Origin: the human T2T-CHM13v2.0 reference genome, Homo sapiens | Assembly: GCF_009914755.1 (NCBI RefSeq) | Contig: NC_060932.1 | DNA: 64,000 nt | Reading direction: 5' to 3' (one strand) | Part shown: positions 27,871-41,977 of the stretch, in pieces | Layout: every line of letters begins with the position of its first letter | How positions within the stretch are numbered: position 1 is the first letter of the stretch | Program-made: the position numbers and the translations under genes | The notes under the pieces: model-generated | The model's input: only the letters and a program-made list of their open reading frames with translations | What the model was told of the DNA's origin: nothing | Databases searched by the model: none

Positions 27871-28299
27871 GCTGAGCTAGAATACTTAAATTGGGATGGC
27901 AGGAGCTGTGAGAGCACAGTTATACATACAAGAGCATGTACAGTATTGGCTTATAGCTCAATTAATTTCTGCCTCAGCTATAGAAATATAAAGGAACAAA
28001 TGTGTTGGCTGTTAGTAGACTTGAATGTTTGGCTAGGGTTGACAGAAAGTAACAGGTTTTGAGTAAGCAGCACAATTTAGTCAAGTAAATGGGCAGCTTG
28101 TGATTAACAGTGTCAGTATCATGAGTTGTATAAATTAGGGATCCTCAAGGTCTCCCTTGGTGTTCCCACATGTAGAAAGGTTAAAACAAAAGTGATATTC
28201 AAAAACAGGCAACAGATATATCTTACGATATGTTGGTAAAGCCTGAAATAGGCATCTGGAGTGACAAGGGTAAAATCAGGTTTCAGTAATAAAGAAGTT

Positions 28300-29715
28300 G
28301 GTCAGACAGGTCTGTAGACCTCATTGAAGAAGGTGAGTTTAAGCAAAGGTGCAAATGAAGTGAAACAAAGGCATGAATGAAAGACACAAATGAATCTGCG
28401 AAACAGGTATCTGTGGGGGAAGCATTTTAGGCAGGGCAAGTAGGTAGAACAAAACCCCTTAGGTAGGAATATACTTGATCAGTTTGGGGAGCAGCAAAGA
28501 AGCCAGAGTGGCTACAGTGCAATGAGTTAGTGAAAGAATAGTAAGAAAGAAAGTCAGTGAGGTAATGGAGTTGGAGGAAGTATCTCGTGATTGGCCTGTA
28601 GGCTCCCTGGACTTTGGTTATTTTTCAGAGCAAAGGATAGTCATTGCAGGACTTTGAGCAGAAGACATCATCTGTAAATACTAAATTTTCTCATATAAAC
28701 CTATTAAAAGTACATACATCCTATGAAGTTTGTATATTAAAAACCAGAAGATGCACTACCAGAAAAATATAATGGAAACCATTCTTCCAGTTATTTCCGT
28801 ATTTTGAATGTAGAGCTAAGTTTTGGTGGCAGATTGGAGGTGAGTGTGAATAAAAGAAGGAAATCAAGAATTCCGAGTATTTTGGCCTAAGCAACTGAAA
28901 AAATGGACTTGCCACCAACAAAGATGGGAAAGACTGGGGGGTAGAATAGTTGGAGGGAAATAAAAGTTTAGTTTGGACATGTGAACCTTGTGATGTCCTT
29001 TAGGTGTCCAAATGGAGATGCCAATAGGTTTTTGAGATTTTTGGAGAGATCTGGTCTGGAGATAGAAGTTTGGAAATTGTTTGCATATAAATGGTATTTA
29101 AAGCCATGGCTTCACTGAGGCAGTAAGTGTAGATAGAAAAGAGAAGGCCAAAGATTGCTCTGGGGCATCCAACATTAATAGGTCAGGGAGAAGAGGTGGA
29201 TCTAGCAAAAGAGACTGAGAAGAAGTGATCAGTGAGGTATGAAAAGACATATGAGTGTGACATTTTAGACATTAAGTGAAGGAAGGGTATGAAGGAAGAG
29301 GGACTGATAAACTGTGCCATCTGCTAAGGTAAGCACTGATAACTGACCATTAGGTTTAGCAATGGTGATTGCTGACCATTGGAGGTCATTGCTGACCTTG
29401 ATGTGGGCAGTTTTGGTGGTATGGTAAAGTGAAAACTTGACCAGGGTGGATTTAAAAGAGAATGAAAGAGAATTAGAGACAATAAATATGAGTCCATGCT
29501 TTTGAGGTGTTTTTTGGCAAAGGAGGCACAGAAATGGGACTGTAGTGGCTGGGGAAGTGGGATCAAAAGAAAGTATTTATGAGAGTAAAAACAGCATGTT
29601 TATATGCTGATATTAACAGTTTAGTAGAAAGGGAAGGGTGGATTATAGAGGAGAGAGGGGAAATTATTAGAGCAATGGGCTTGAATAGATGATAAGAAAT
29701 ATTATCTAGTACATA
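28300..29715 (-). mobile_element. L2 (L2a-like) body
   Basis: tttagtttggacatgtgaaccttgtgatgtcc..., ttaggtttagcaatggtg...ggaggtcattgctgaccttga. Confidence 0.7.
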
Positions 29716-30264
29716 AGTAGACGATTAATAATTTTAATATTAATAATTAGCAATAATTTATCTGGGAAAGTGTTTCTCTATTAATTGCTTAGAGAGTTTT
29801 TCATCACTGCTCAAAAACCTTTTGTAGCAGCCCATTGCCTATTCAATCCAGCCTAGGAACCTCAGCCCAGCAGGCAAGATGGTTGTACTCTGACCTCAGT
29901 GTACCTTACTGGCTTCATTTCCTTCAGTTCTCCCTCCTGTGCCTAAGTTAAAGAACTTTCACATTAATCTTTGTTTCTTTGTGTATTGCATGCGATAGAC
30001 TAGGTTATTCAGTAACCATAGACCTGGTGCTGAAGCTACAATACAGCTAGATTGCATTCTAGATTGTTCCCAATGTTGTTCCCATGTTCAAGGATCTCAT
30101 GTATATAAGGCAGCATACCAAGCTAGTGCTTCTGATTTTAAAGTAATAAGAGATTTTTTTAAAATTTGCTCTGAAGGCAATTCTGAAAGATAAGTTTCAA
30201 AAATATTTGAAACAACAACATAATCACTGGGGCATTTTCACGCTACGTGCTTTTTTTTGGTCTT

Positions 30265-30650
30265 TACCATTTTATTTTGAAATAATTTTAGACTTAGAGG
30301 AAAGTTACAAAAGTAGTCACAGCATTGACGTATGTCCTTTACCCTGCTTCACCTAGTGTTAATATCTTACATTACCATAGTTCAATTATTGAAATCTGGA
30401 AATTGTTATCGATGAAATACTGTTAATTAATTTACCAACCCTAAGTAATTCCATTAGTTTTTCCACTACTGTCTTTTGTGTGGATTAGGATCTGATTCAG
30501 GATCATTTTGTTGTTATGTCTCTTTAGTATCCCCTAATCTGTGTCAGTCTTTCCTTATCATCCATGACGTTCCCATTTTCAAAGAGTAAGGGTCAGTTAT
30601 TTTAAAGAATGTTTGAGTGATGTTTCCACATCACGGGATTCAGGATATGT
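30265..30650 (-). mobile_element. Old L1M (L1MC4/5-like) 3' end
   Basis: ttttattttgaaataattttagacttagaggaaagttacaaaagtagt. Confidence 0.6.
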
Positions 30651-32460
30651 AGGAGAATACTCTCTGGAATATATGAGCCAGGATGCATTTGTGCAAAAAG
30701 TAGTAATATGTTATAGGCAAACAATATAATCTTAAAGACCACATTTTAACAGTTTGGGGCTGGTTTTTTCCCCAGTTTAAATCTACTGAGGATTTCCTAT
30801 TCACAAATAAAAAGGTGACTCAGTAAATCAAGCAAAAAATGCTTGAGAGTATGAAGTAAAAACATACTGTTACGTGCTTCAGGAAATACAAGGAAATATA
30901 TGACATAATCCTTTACTTCATATACTGTACAGTCAGGCTATGGTGACAAGACATAGAGAATATGTTCATTGTTAATGAATTTCTTCACTATTAAAATGTA
31001 TATGCACAAAAGTTTAAATGAAAAGCATTTTAACAGACAAATTTACTGCTACAGTAAAAGGTATGTCTACATGCAGACAACTTGCTATCCCATGCTTAGG
31101 TAAAGGAAGAGACTTATGCAATTAAATTACATTATTCTGTCATCCGTGTCACTCCAGTCTTTTTTCTTTCTAATGTTAATATCCACACTTGCCCTCCATG
31201 TAAATATCAGTGTCCAGTGGTTCTATTTCTCAGGAATTTCTCTTTGTTAAGCCAGAGTAATCAGTAGTCTCACTCCCTATGGTCTTTTAGTCTGGACTAC
31301 AGGTGACTAAATTTTTACAGCTGTTCTTCTTAACCTTATACTCTTGAGTTTTTTGTTTTGTTGGTTGTTTTTCCCTAACAGTAAGCCATGTTGCAAACTT
31401 CCTAACCAGTTTCTCCATCGTTCTTTTTTTCCCCAGCATTACCCAAATTATACATTACTTGTATGTAGTATAAAATCTGCCTTTCACTGCCTTTCAGTTG
31501 AGTTTACCATAAAACGTTTGACTAGGAAGGATATAAAAATTTGTTTACACTATTTGGAAAAGGAGAGAAAATTCTCTGAATGGGGTAAGTGGATTCTTGT
31601 TTGGAAGCTCATGTTGGATAAAATGACCACTCAAGTGTTTTTTTCAGCTCTAAGTCAGGATGGAACTTAATGGCACAGCACAAATCGGCTGTTGCCACAA
31701 CTGGGCAACTGGAAAATGCCTTTTGATGATGGTGATTAAATAAAGGTCAAAGAATATCACTGCATCCTAATGGTAGTCATCACACAACATCAGCCTTTCT
31801 CCTGGTGCCTTTGAAAATGTCACTTGAAAAGTCTAAAAAATGCTATGTGTTTTGTTTAGGCAGAAAATGCCCTCATTAAGTACCTCATGTTTTCGTTAGA
31901 AAAATCAAAGAAATGTTAGGGTTCTGAGTACTAGATTGTAGGTTTAAAAGAAAATTAAATGTAACCTTTTGTTATGTAAAATAATAAACTCCTAAAATAA
32001 CCATAAAGGCTTTATTTTTACACAAAGCGTATGTCTGTTTTCTAAAAGGCTCTAAAAAGAGCCATGTGATATGATCTCAAATCTATAGGATGAAAAAACC
32101 CACGTTACTGAAGTAGTAGTTAACCGTGAATAATTTCTAGTGGAAAGTGAAGATTTCTTAAGAGAGTTATTTTCATTTTTTAAGGTATGAACTTGAGCAT
32201 TTGCGGTCTTGTCAGGGACAGTAGTTTTAGTTTTGCCTACTCAGTACTCTTAAGAAAAATCAGATACGGAGCCTCATTTTCTTTCATATTCTGTCTATTC
32301 CTCTTTTTTTTTTTGCCACCATTATAAGTACTATAGCCCTTATCAATGGAAGGCAGAAAGGATGTCCAATTTAAAAGCAAAAGTTTACTTAGTTGTACTA
32401 TGCTATCATGAATCTAGTTATATATTATATATATTATATATAATATATGTATTGTATATT

Positions 32461-32463
<3 letters not shown>

Positions 32464-32496
<33 letters not shown>
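32464..32496 (+). repeat. (AC)n microsatellite, ~16 units, preceded by a TA-rich tract
   Basis: Direct reading. Confidence 0.95.
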
Positions 32497-32502
<6 letters not shown>

Positions 32503-32878
32503 CATGTAAATTTCATGCTAATGTTCCCTTAGGACTGACAATATGTGGACTACGTAATCTAAAGTTTTGTTTTTTTTTTTAATTTACCAGGTAAATTGAC
32601 ATCCCCATGTGACAGGGGTAAATCTTATTTCTCAAAGTATGCTTGGAAGTCATGAGCTTTCGAATGTCTGATCATGAACAGCAGCATACTACTGGATGTG
32701 TAGCTTCCAGTGTCTAGGAGGGTTTATGGTAATCTAAAGAAGCACATTTTAAAGAGATGCCTATGTACATTCAAGTATGAGAAGTATTTCTTTAGATTAC
32801 AGTGTTTTGGGATACAAACACTGGAGGTGAATTACCTGAGAGTAATATATAAACTCCAATAATCTCAAGAAGGTATGT

Positions 32879-33207
32879 CAAGGGTAGACAAATGATAGCT
32901 GCAATTCTAAATCTGGCCTATTGACTATTTTTGTATGGCCTTCAACCTAAGAATAGTTTGTACTTTGTAAAAAGTTGAAAAAAAAACAAAAGAATATTTT
33001 GTGACACATGAAAACTACATAAAATTTAAATTTCTGTGTTCATAAATGAAGTTTTATTAGAACACAGCCATACTCATTTGTGTATTATCAATGGCTGCTT
33101 TTGTGCTACGTCAGCAGAGGTGAGTAGTTGTGACAGAGACCCCATGGTCTGCAAAGCTGAAAATATTTACTATCTATCCCTTTCCAGAAAAGCTTTTCCA
33201 ACCCTTG
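32879..33207. mobile_element. MER58B-like hAT-Charlie element
   Basis: Imperfect TIRs caagggtagacaaat / cttttccaacccttg; internal ttttattagaacacagccatactcattt and gcaaagctgaaaatatttactatct. Confidence 0.8.
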
Positions 33208-33319
33208 AGCAAGATGATTTTATTCAATTACTTAGATTCTCTGTGCTTCAGTTTCTTCATCTGCAAAATGAAGATAATAAACTGTACCTATTTCATAGAA
33301 TTTTTATAAGAGAATGAAG

Positions 33320-33532
33320 AGGCAGTATAGTGTAATGATCACAGACATAGATTCTGGAACCCAAACTGTCTGAGTTTAAATCTTGGTCCTCTGTTTAATA
33401 GCTTTTGGCCTAGGCAAGTTACATAACATTTCTGTGCCTGTTTCCTTATCTACAAAATAAGGAAAATATAGTACTAGTACCTACCTCATAGGATTTCTGT
33501 AAAATCAAATGAGTTAACATAGGTGACTCTTG
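33320..33532 (+). mobile_element. MIR (host of Tigger2; resumes at ~36222)
   Basis: ggcagtatagtgtaatg...ggcaagttacataac...tacctacctcatagg; continues agtgtctggc after the Tigger. Confidence 0.75.
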
Positions 33533-33534
33533 TA

Positions 33535-36219
33535 CAGTTGACCCTTGAACAGTGTAGGAGTTAGCGGTGCCAATCTCCCACACAGTCAAAATCCATGTAA
33601 GACTTTTGACTCCCCTTAAAACTTAACTAATAGCCTACTGTTGGCCAGAAGCCTTACTTATAACATAAATAGTCCATTACCACATATTTTGTACATTATA
33701 TGTATTATATACTGTATTCTTACAATAAAGTAAGCTAAATGAAAGAAAAATGTTTACGAATATCTAAAAAAGAGAAAATATATTTAATATTTATTAAGTG
33801 GAAGTGGATCAACCTAAAGGTCTTCATCCTTGTCTTCACATTGAGTAGGCTGAGGAGGAGGAGGAAGAGGTGGGGTTGGTTTTACTGTCTCATGCGTGGC
33901 AGAGGCAGAAGAGGTGGAGGAGGTGGAAGGGGAGGCAGGAGAGGCAGGCATACTTGGTATAACTTTCTGGAAATATATCATAGTTTCTGTCTGATGTTTT
34001 TTACTTTTTCAGTCTCTAAAAATGTTTCTGTACTGTACTGTACCAATCCTTCTTCCACTGTTTGCTTTAGTTTCAGTGCCCATATCTTATGAGTCCATTT
34101 TGAAAATGAATCAAAGAAGTCTTGAATAATTGGAACCCTTCTGCCAGATTTTCTAATGTCAGTTTGTTTTCTGGCATTGCTTTTCTTATGCCTTCTTCCT
34201 CATTGTCTGGCACTGGTTCGAAAGCACTCATCTCCATCAAGTTGTCTTCTGTTAATTCCTGTCTTGTGGTATTGATTAGCTCTTTCATTTCTTCAAGATT
34301 CATCCCATGAAACCCTTTATTTCTCACCTTTCTTTTTTTGCCATATCCACAATCTCTTTCATGAGTTCTTTGATTGGCTCTGTCATAAATTCTATAGAGT
34401 TGTGCACACCCTCTGAACACAGTTTAATCCAGGATGAATTTCTTGCTTTGGGCTTTATGGCTTTCACAGCTTTTTCTATAACAATGATGGTAGCTTCAAT
34501 GGTGCAGTCCTTCCGGATTTTCTTGACATTCTCTTTATCAGTTTTCTCTTGCATAACACTGACAACTCCTTCCATAGAGTACTGTGTGTAATGAAATTTA
34601 AAGGTCCTTATGACCTTCTGATCTAGAGGCTGAATTAGAGATGTTGTGTTTGGGAGCAAGTAGAGCATCTTCAGTTGAACTCATGGAGGTCTGGGTGGCC
34701 AGGAGCATTTTCCGATACCAAAAGAACTTTTAAAAAGCAGTCCCTTTCTGGCAAGATACTTCTTGAATTCAATAACTCAAAGCGTTGATGAACCCAATCA
34801 AGATAAAGGGTTATCGTTGTCCAGACCTTCCTGTTGTGCAGCCAAAAGACTGGTAGCTGATGTCTATCATTTCCCTTCAAGGTTCAGAGGTTAGCAGCTT
34901 TATAGATAAAGGCAGTCCTGATTATAAACCTGACTGCATTTCCACAAAATGGTAGAGTTAGCCTAACCCTTCCTGCCTTTAATCCTGGTGCTCACTTCTC
35001 TTTCTCACTAATAAATGTCCTTTGTGGCATTTTTCCCCCCAGAATAGGGCACTTTCATCTGCACTAAAAAAACTGTTCAGGCAGATATCCTTTCTCTAGT
35101 GATTTTCTTAATGGCGTCTGGGAACTTGTCTGCTGCCTGTTGGTCAGCAGAAGCTGTTTCTCCTGTTGTCCTGACATTTTAAAGCCAAACCTCTTGCTAA
35201 AATTATCAAACTGTCCTTTCCCGGCACCTCAGTTCTCCAACTTTAGATTCTTCACCCTCCTTTTCCTTTAATTTGTCATATAATGGCTTTTCTTTTTCTG
35301 GAATCCTATTTGAGTCTGTAGCTATGCCTTTCTTATAGCAATATTGTGCCCACATGAAAGCCTCGAGGCATTTTGCAAAGTGCAGTGTTTCTGTGTTTGC
35401 CAACAGAGCTGCAGCCACGACTACACAAATTTTCTTTTCTCTTTTCACAATGGTCCCTATGCTGGATTCACTTATCCTGAAATGGTGGGCAACCCAGCTG
35501 CAGACCTCAATCTACAGTACATATCAAGCAATTAAACTTCTCCTTGTAATGTCATGACTTTTCTCTGCTTCTTGGGAGCACTTCAGCATCACTAATTACA
35601 CTTTATATGGGTCCTGTGGTGTTATTCACAGTTTACGGTATTGTACCAAACATGATGAAAAGTACACTAGAACCATGAGAAATCACTTTTTCCCTGTGAC
35701 ATGTAATTTACTGGAGAGACAGACTGCTCACACAGAGAAGATTACCATCTCATGGTGTTTTAAGGCATACTCAATACTTGCAACACTTGAGCTCACCACA
35801 ATAACAACAGGAGGTGGGTACAAAATTATTATAGTAGTACAGTACATACATGTATTACTGTTAATTTTATGCAGTTATGATTGAATACTGCATCTTTATG
35901 TTTGTTTACTTTTCTCTAGACTTTGAATGGCTCTGTGTAGGGTCTTCAAGTGTGTAAGTTTTAATAAATTTCAACTTTTATAATAGATGGTGTATATTTT
36001 ATGGTAATAAATGATAAAATAGACTCGTATCTAAACATATTTTATACATTTGTGACATACCTTTTTATTTTTTTCAATATTTCTAGGTTACAAAGTTCAT
36101 CTACAAGTTTTTTTAAATTATCACAAATCTCCAAAATATTTTCCAGTACATTTATTTTTTAAAATTCACATGTACCTGGATTCTCACAGTTCAAATCCAT
36201 GTTGTTCAAAGGTCATCTG
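33535..36219 (-). mobile_element. Tigger2 (pogo-family DNA transposon), essentially full length, decayed transposase
   Basis: TIRs CAGTTGACCCTTGAACA / TGTTCAAAGGTCATCTG, TA duplication on both sides, 2685 bp. Minus ORFs 34073-35448 are CENP-B/DDE transposase fragments (YLLPNTTSLIQPLDQKVIRTFK). Confidence 0.93.
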
Positions 36220-37478
36220 TAGTGTCTGGCTTTAATAGTGTAATTTTTTTATTATTGGTGATAGTATTGTGATTGTTTTCATCTACCTCACAAGATTATT
36301 ATAAGAATTAAATGTGATAATTCATGTGAAACTTAGGGCTCAATAAATATTAGCTGTTATTGTTTGTTATTGATGAGACACATTTCCAGCTGTAATGTAC
36401 AGGTGTATCTGTGATTCTCATGTTGACTGGGGATTGGATGGCTGTCAGAATAAAAGGGAGTAAAAGGGAAGTAAATTTAAAGGCCTTCCATATGATTGAT
36501 ACAATATTTATTCCTACATTTAAAATCATCGGTGACACTGACCTTAACTTGACAGTAATTATTAACTAGTGCTAATGTCCTTATTGACCTTGTTATATAA
36601 ATAGTTGAGAATAGTTTATTATCAGTGTGCGAATTTTATGTAACTGGTCATTCTACAAAGATTGAGTGTGACTGAAGGAGTCCTTAACTTTTTGTGTTTA
36701 TATCATTATTTCACAAAGCACACTATCCTTAATATATTAAAAAAAATAAACTGATAAGCCTTCTAGCCAAATTGCCGTGAATTCAAAATTACTGGAGTCA
36801 AAGTAGATTACTTTTTATTGTATTATATATTTTAGGCCATCTCAAATCACCAGAAGTTGACAGAGATTACATTTTAATTCACACTTGCAAAGTAGAATAA
36901 AAGGGCAATAAAAAAATCTCATGGTTGAATTCTTTTGTGTCAGAATAGTAAGTAAGGAAGTTCTTGGCAAAGAGAGTAACTATATAAAAAAGGATGAAGT
37001 GAAGTGCTTGGCTGGTAGAGAATTTTTTGTTTAGAGATAAATACTGGACTTAGTTAAATCCAGAAAAACAGAATATTTTAGGATGACAGTTGGGTAAGTT
37101 AGAGTGAGATGTCAATGCCTTTGAGGTAATCATTAAATTTAACATAATACGTATGATTAATTCTAAAAAATAATTTGTACTATTATTTAATTTTTCCTAC
37201 TGCTTGCTTTTCATTATAAACCCATTATGAACTTTAGCAGTAAGAAAAGGTTTTCCTGCAAGCAAGATTTAAAAATTAGAATAGGTTTCTAAGAAAAATT
37301 GGACAGTGTGTATATACGTATATGTGATTGTGTGTGTATACTTTGTTATAAAGTAGGAAATTAAATTTAACTACATTTAAATAGTCTATGATAGTTTGTT
37401 TCTTATCCAATTCTCTTCCAGTCCCATACTTTTGATAATTCATAGATATCCTCCATTAAATACTATAGCAATTCAATA

Positions 37479-37528
37479 CCCAGAGGAGAAAAAGTGTGAC
37501 TTCCTCAGAGGAGAAAAAGTGTGACTTT
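37479..37528 (+). repeat. 25-bp tandem duplication
   Basis: cagaggagaaaaagtgtgactt at 37481-37502 and 37506-37527. Confidence 0.95.
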
Positions 37529-39042
37529 TCAATAGGTTGTTTCACTTTTACAATTCCATCCTAACTAAATATTACATTAACATAAAAAACTACAACAACA
37601 ATAATTAGCTTTTTGGATCTAAATATTGGCCTAAATATTTAGAATAATACAGTGTTAGTATCTGTCTTATATTGTCTGTTTCTCTAGGATTGTGCCTGTT
37701 TAAACTACTTTTGGAAATTAGTACCAACCTAATGCTGTTAATAATTATGCATGCCATCATGTCATGATACCTAATGGAATCATAAGTTAAAATCTTTCAT
37801 TCAGTTCCCATTAACATAGTCTATGCACTGTCTCATCTACCTAATAAGTCTTTATTGCCTTCTGTAGTATAACTTTGGATTTTCTCTACTGCTAATAGGA
37901 AACAATTACTTCCACTAAATTCACTTACACTGTTGCATTGTATAATTCCAGAGAGCACTATTGCATCATTGCTCCCCACCCCAATCCCCCTGGTACTGTG
38001 CAGTACACAGCCTGCCTGACCATCCACAGCAGCCATGACATTGCTTTCTTTGCACAAGCACAGAGGAATACAATTTGAGGTATTTATGTTTACTATTTAG
38101 AGACAGACAATTAATTGACATAGGATTTACATAAACTAGCATTTTCATAAAGATCCAGAATTTGATAACATGACTTAGTTAATATAAATTTAATCAATAT
38201 TCACATCTGTTTTATTCTTTGGCAGTTCATAGTTATTCCTAAAGTGGAAGCGGCACTTGGGAATATAAAGATTTGGACTTTATAATTTACTCTCCAAAAG
38301 ATTATAGAGTTTTTACTTTGATTTAAGGAACAAACGTGAAAGACTTTACTGGAATGTAAATAGTTTTGGCATATTTACAGTGCAATGTTTTCAGTTGTGA
38401 AGTTGGTTAGTTATGTAGGCGGGAGCTGTAGGAGTTGTGATAGTCAGTATATTACAAGCATTTTGCAACTCCCTGATTTCTCTATGTTTTTAACAACTAT
38501 GGTAGCAATGCCTCAAATCTCTGGGATCCTCTGTTACCCCACAGTGGTTCCAAAAGAACTGATTACTTTTTCATTAATCCTCAAGCTATATGTGATAAAT
38601 AATTGGGAGGATGGAAAGATGATGGAAAAGAGGAAAAACCTTGAAAGATCAACTGATTTTGTTAATACCACACACCAATATGCAGACCCAGCTCTGATCT
38701 CTTTTTTTTCTGCATTGTGATATTTGTCCAATTATCTTGCTTCTAAAATTCAAACCTATTATAGCCATTTCATTTTCTGCATTTTTTCTCATTTCAGTGT
38801 AAAGGCCTTGTGGGAGAAGGTTTTACTTTAGTCTTTAACTTGGCATATGGAAAAATATTAACTGCTATGTGTATAATAATTCTCCTTTTTTTCCTTAAAA
38901 TGCTATTTCCTTTGTACTACTAATGTACTTTGATTGGTTGACTGGATATTGAGTGTTAAACTATAGAAGTATTTCAGACCACTTGAGTGATAGCTTTGCT
39001 TCATTCTTTCGTGTGTTTCTATATGGTTTTATAAACTAGATA

Positions 39043-39098
39043 ATGCTACACAATAAGGGTTTACTGTGAGCCCTCAGTAAACCCTTATTTTGTAGCAT
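39043..39098. repeat. Near-perfect inverted repeat (24-bp arms, 1 mismatch, 8-nt loop)
   Basis: atgctacacaataagggtttactg - tgagccct - cagtaaacccttattttgtagcat. Confidence 0.95.
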
Positions 39099-41858
39099 AG
39101 CAAAATGTGCTCCAACAATGGGGGAGGTATCTGGCTTTATGCATCCCTTCCGCCAATCACCAGCCATGTAAATTTATACAGTCACATAAGATTTCTGAGC
39201 CTTAAATTCCTCATAGAAATAAAAAATACCTGCCTTGCCTATCTCACAAAAGTTTGTGTGGATCAAATTATTTAATGTACATGAAAAACCTCTTTAGACC
39301 AATAAAATGTCATATGAATCCAAGGAAGAGAATGATTGAATACTTCTCAAATGAATTAAGGTGACAGTTATCATATAAAAACTTCATTGCTTCAGGTCAC
39401 TGAGTAAAAATAAATTGGTAACTCTGACTCCTACGTAACTATCCCCAGCACTGTTAGGACAGTGTATGGCTTACCAAGTAAATAAAGAAAACCAGGTAAT
39501 AGCTAGAACTAAGCAAGAATAATGAGGTGGATAACAGTAGCCTCTCATTTCTTTGAAAAATTTATGTTGTGCTGATCATAAGACAGGCAAGTGCTTTAGC
39601 AAAACATACTCAGATCTTAGAATCTTAAATAGTTGGGCCTTTGTCACACATAAGACCCTTAATGTTACAGACTGGAGATTGAATGGGAAGGCCTTACCAT
39701 GAAGCTGTATAACATGGTTTTCTGCTACCTACTTAATTCGGCATGTTAAATTTAAACAAATAAGCTTTTAGAAAATCATACTAAAGAGTTTCAACAATAA
39801 AGAGAGGCTGACTCTCAGAAATATAAGACAACCAGATACAGAAGGCTTTTCAATATTGATTTTTTAAACATAAGAAAACTTTCTAAGGCCATATTAAATG
39901 GTTCTCCAATAAAGTGTTTTAATAGCTCCAGTAAGAACATCTGACTGGCTGCTTTCTATGTGAGCAGGACTTGATTGAAATTGAGGAAAAGATGAAGCAT
40001 CTTTAAGCTAGAGAGCCCGGAGGGTAAATTATTAAAATGAGCTATGGAGAATTGGGGAGAGCTTGCACTCAAATTTAGTTTTTGAGAAGGAAAAGTACAA
40101 ATCATTCTATACATGGACCAACTCAATTTTGCCACCTGTTACTTTAAAATTTTAACCTGTTTTACTTTGAAAACAATGCTAAAACATAACTTGATGGACT
40201 CATAGTTTGATTCCTACTAGGTCGATATTGTGTCTCAGAATTAAATTGTCCATTAATTTTTATTGTATTCTGTAGCATCTTCCTCCTAATAGTGATGCAA
40301 ATGAATTATGGGTAGATGAAGTAATTCTAATTTTCCTATATACTTATAATTCTCTTGGGCTTCCATGAGCAGAATATGTAAGAAAATACATTTGAGATAC
40401 TGTTATCAGAAAACTGGGGATAGGAGAGTACACATGAAAAAATGACATGTACATAGTATTCAAGGATGCCTTCATTCATTCATTAAACAGACATTTATTG
40501 GGTGCCAAATCTGAGACAGACCCCTTGCTGGTTTGCATTTAAATATATCGTGGGTATTTAATGAGGAAAAAGGTATGAAATTGCCAAAACAACTTAGAGT
40601 AAGTAACATCAAGCTGCCCTCATGGCCTTTCTATACTTCCGCATCTTGGTGGAGGAAGTATTAGTGATAGGGGCTGTGAAGGGCTGTGGTATGGGCATGC
40701 CTGCTCCAAGCCCCCAGATTATCTGGCAGAAAAGAACAAAGAGCAAGAATTAAAACCCCTCCCCAAGGGATCCATTCAAGTAAATGTTTTAGCAATGAGT
40801 GAGTGAGATGATGAGGCAGTGTGGGATATTGGGAAGAACAAGAGTTAGGAACTGGGGAAAAAAAAAAAAAAGGCTCAAATCCCATCCATGGCCCCTGCAA
40901 AGCTCTGTGATGTTGAGAGAGTTACATCGATTTTCTGAACGACTATTTCTTCATTATGAAATGGAGTTTAAAAAATACCTACTACTCAAGCTTGCACACA
41001 GTGTCCCGCATAGTTTTTGGCCCATGGTAAGTAATTAATAAATATGATGTAATTAATAAATATGACTTTCCTTATTACTGTATTGACACAACAATATCAG
41101 TAGTATAGTTTGATGGGCATCAGATATCCATAGACTTAAATAACAGACAAAATACATCTCCTTCATCTATCTTATTAACTGTAGAATTTCTTTTCACTCA
41201 TTTTGATTCAAATTAAGTATGGACCATCTGTTCCAGGCTTCAAAAACTCTTTCAAATGAGCAGTGGTTTTACACATGTCATGATGTGAGGCATTTAGATC
41301 AATTTTTTTAGTAATGAGTACAGAGTGTCTTACCAGATATCATTTCCTAAACACTTAGTTGTATGAGCTTTAAGTTACTATGAAGATAAAATAATCTTCA
41401 CAGTTAATGACACCGAACATGTGAAAGTGCTTTGAAAATTGTCAGGCAATATCCTAGGTCACTTGGTCATCTGACTCCATAGGAAAATATGGCAGCAACA
41501 GCTTGCTCTAACCATTAGGGGAAAAGAAATACAATATACCAATAGGTATATTGGTATATTGGATATTGTAAAGCAAATATCATGCTTCACAGTAGTCAGC
41601 TGAGAATGATTCACAGGCAAGCTTTGACTTGAGGTTATGGGCATTTCTATACAAAAGAAAGTGTCAGTCAGTAGAGAGTTAGTAGCAATGAAAAGACAAA
41701 ATGGCAACTTTGTGAGGGACGCTTGACCTCTAGTGCCATCTGGAGTGGGGGACAGGGTGGATATGACCATTTAAACATGATTGAATTTAGAAAGTATTTC
41801 CTGATAATGTCATTATTAGGAAATACTTTAATGTAGCCATTAAAACCATCCACTTAAC

Positions 41859-41977
41859 TGGGCTCGGTGGCATGTACCTGTAATCCCAGCTGTTTGGGAA
41901 GCTGAGGCAGGAGGATTGCTTGAGCCTAGGAGTTTGAGGCAAGACTGAGTGAGACCTCATCTCAAAACAAACAAAAA
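41859..41977 (+). mobile_element. Free Alu monomer (FLAM-like)
   Basis: Single arm with A tail; TSD ATCCACTTAAC at 41848-41858 and 41978-41988. Confidence 0.85.

Noticed and set aside
33739-34092. 117-aa ORF with an RGG/poly-R stretch
   Set aside because: Opposite-strand reading of a GA-rich tract inside Tigger2.
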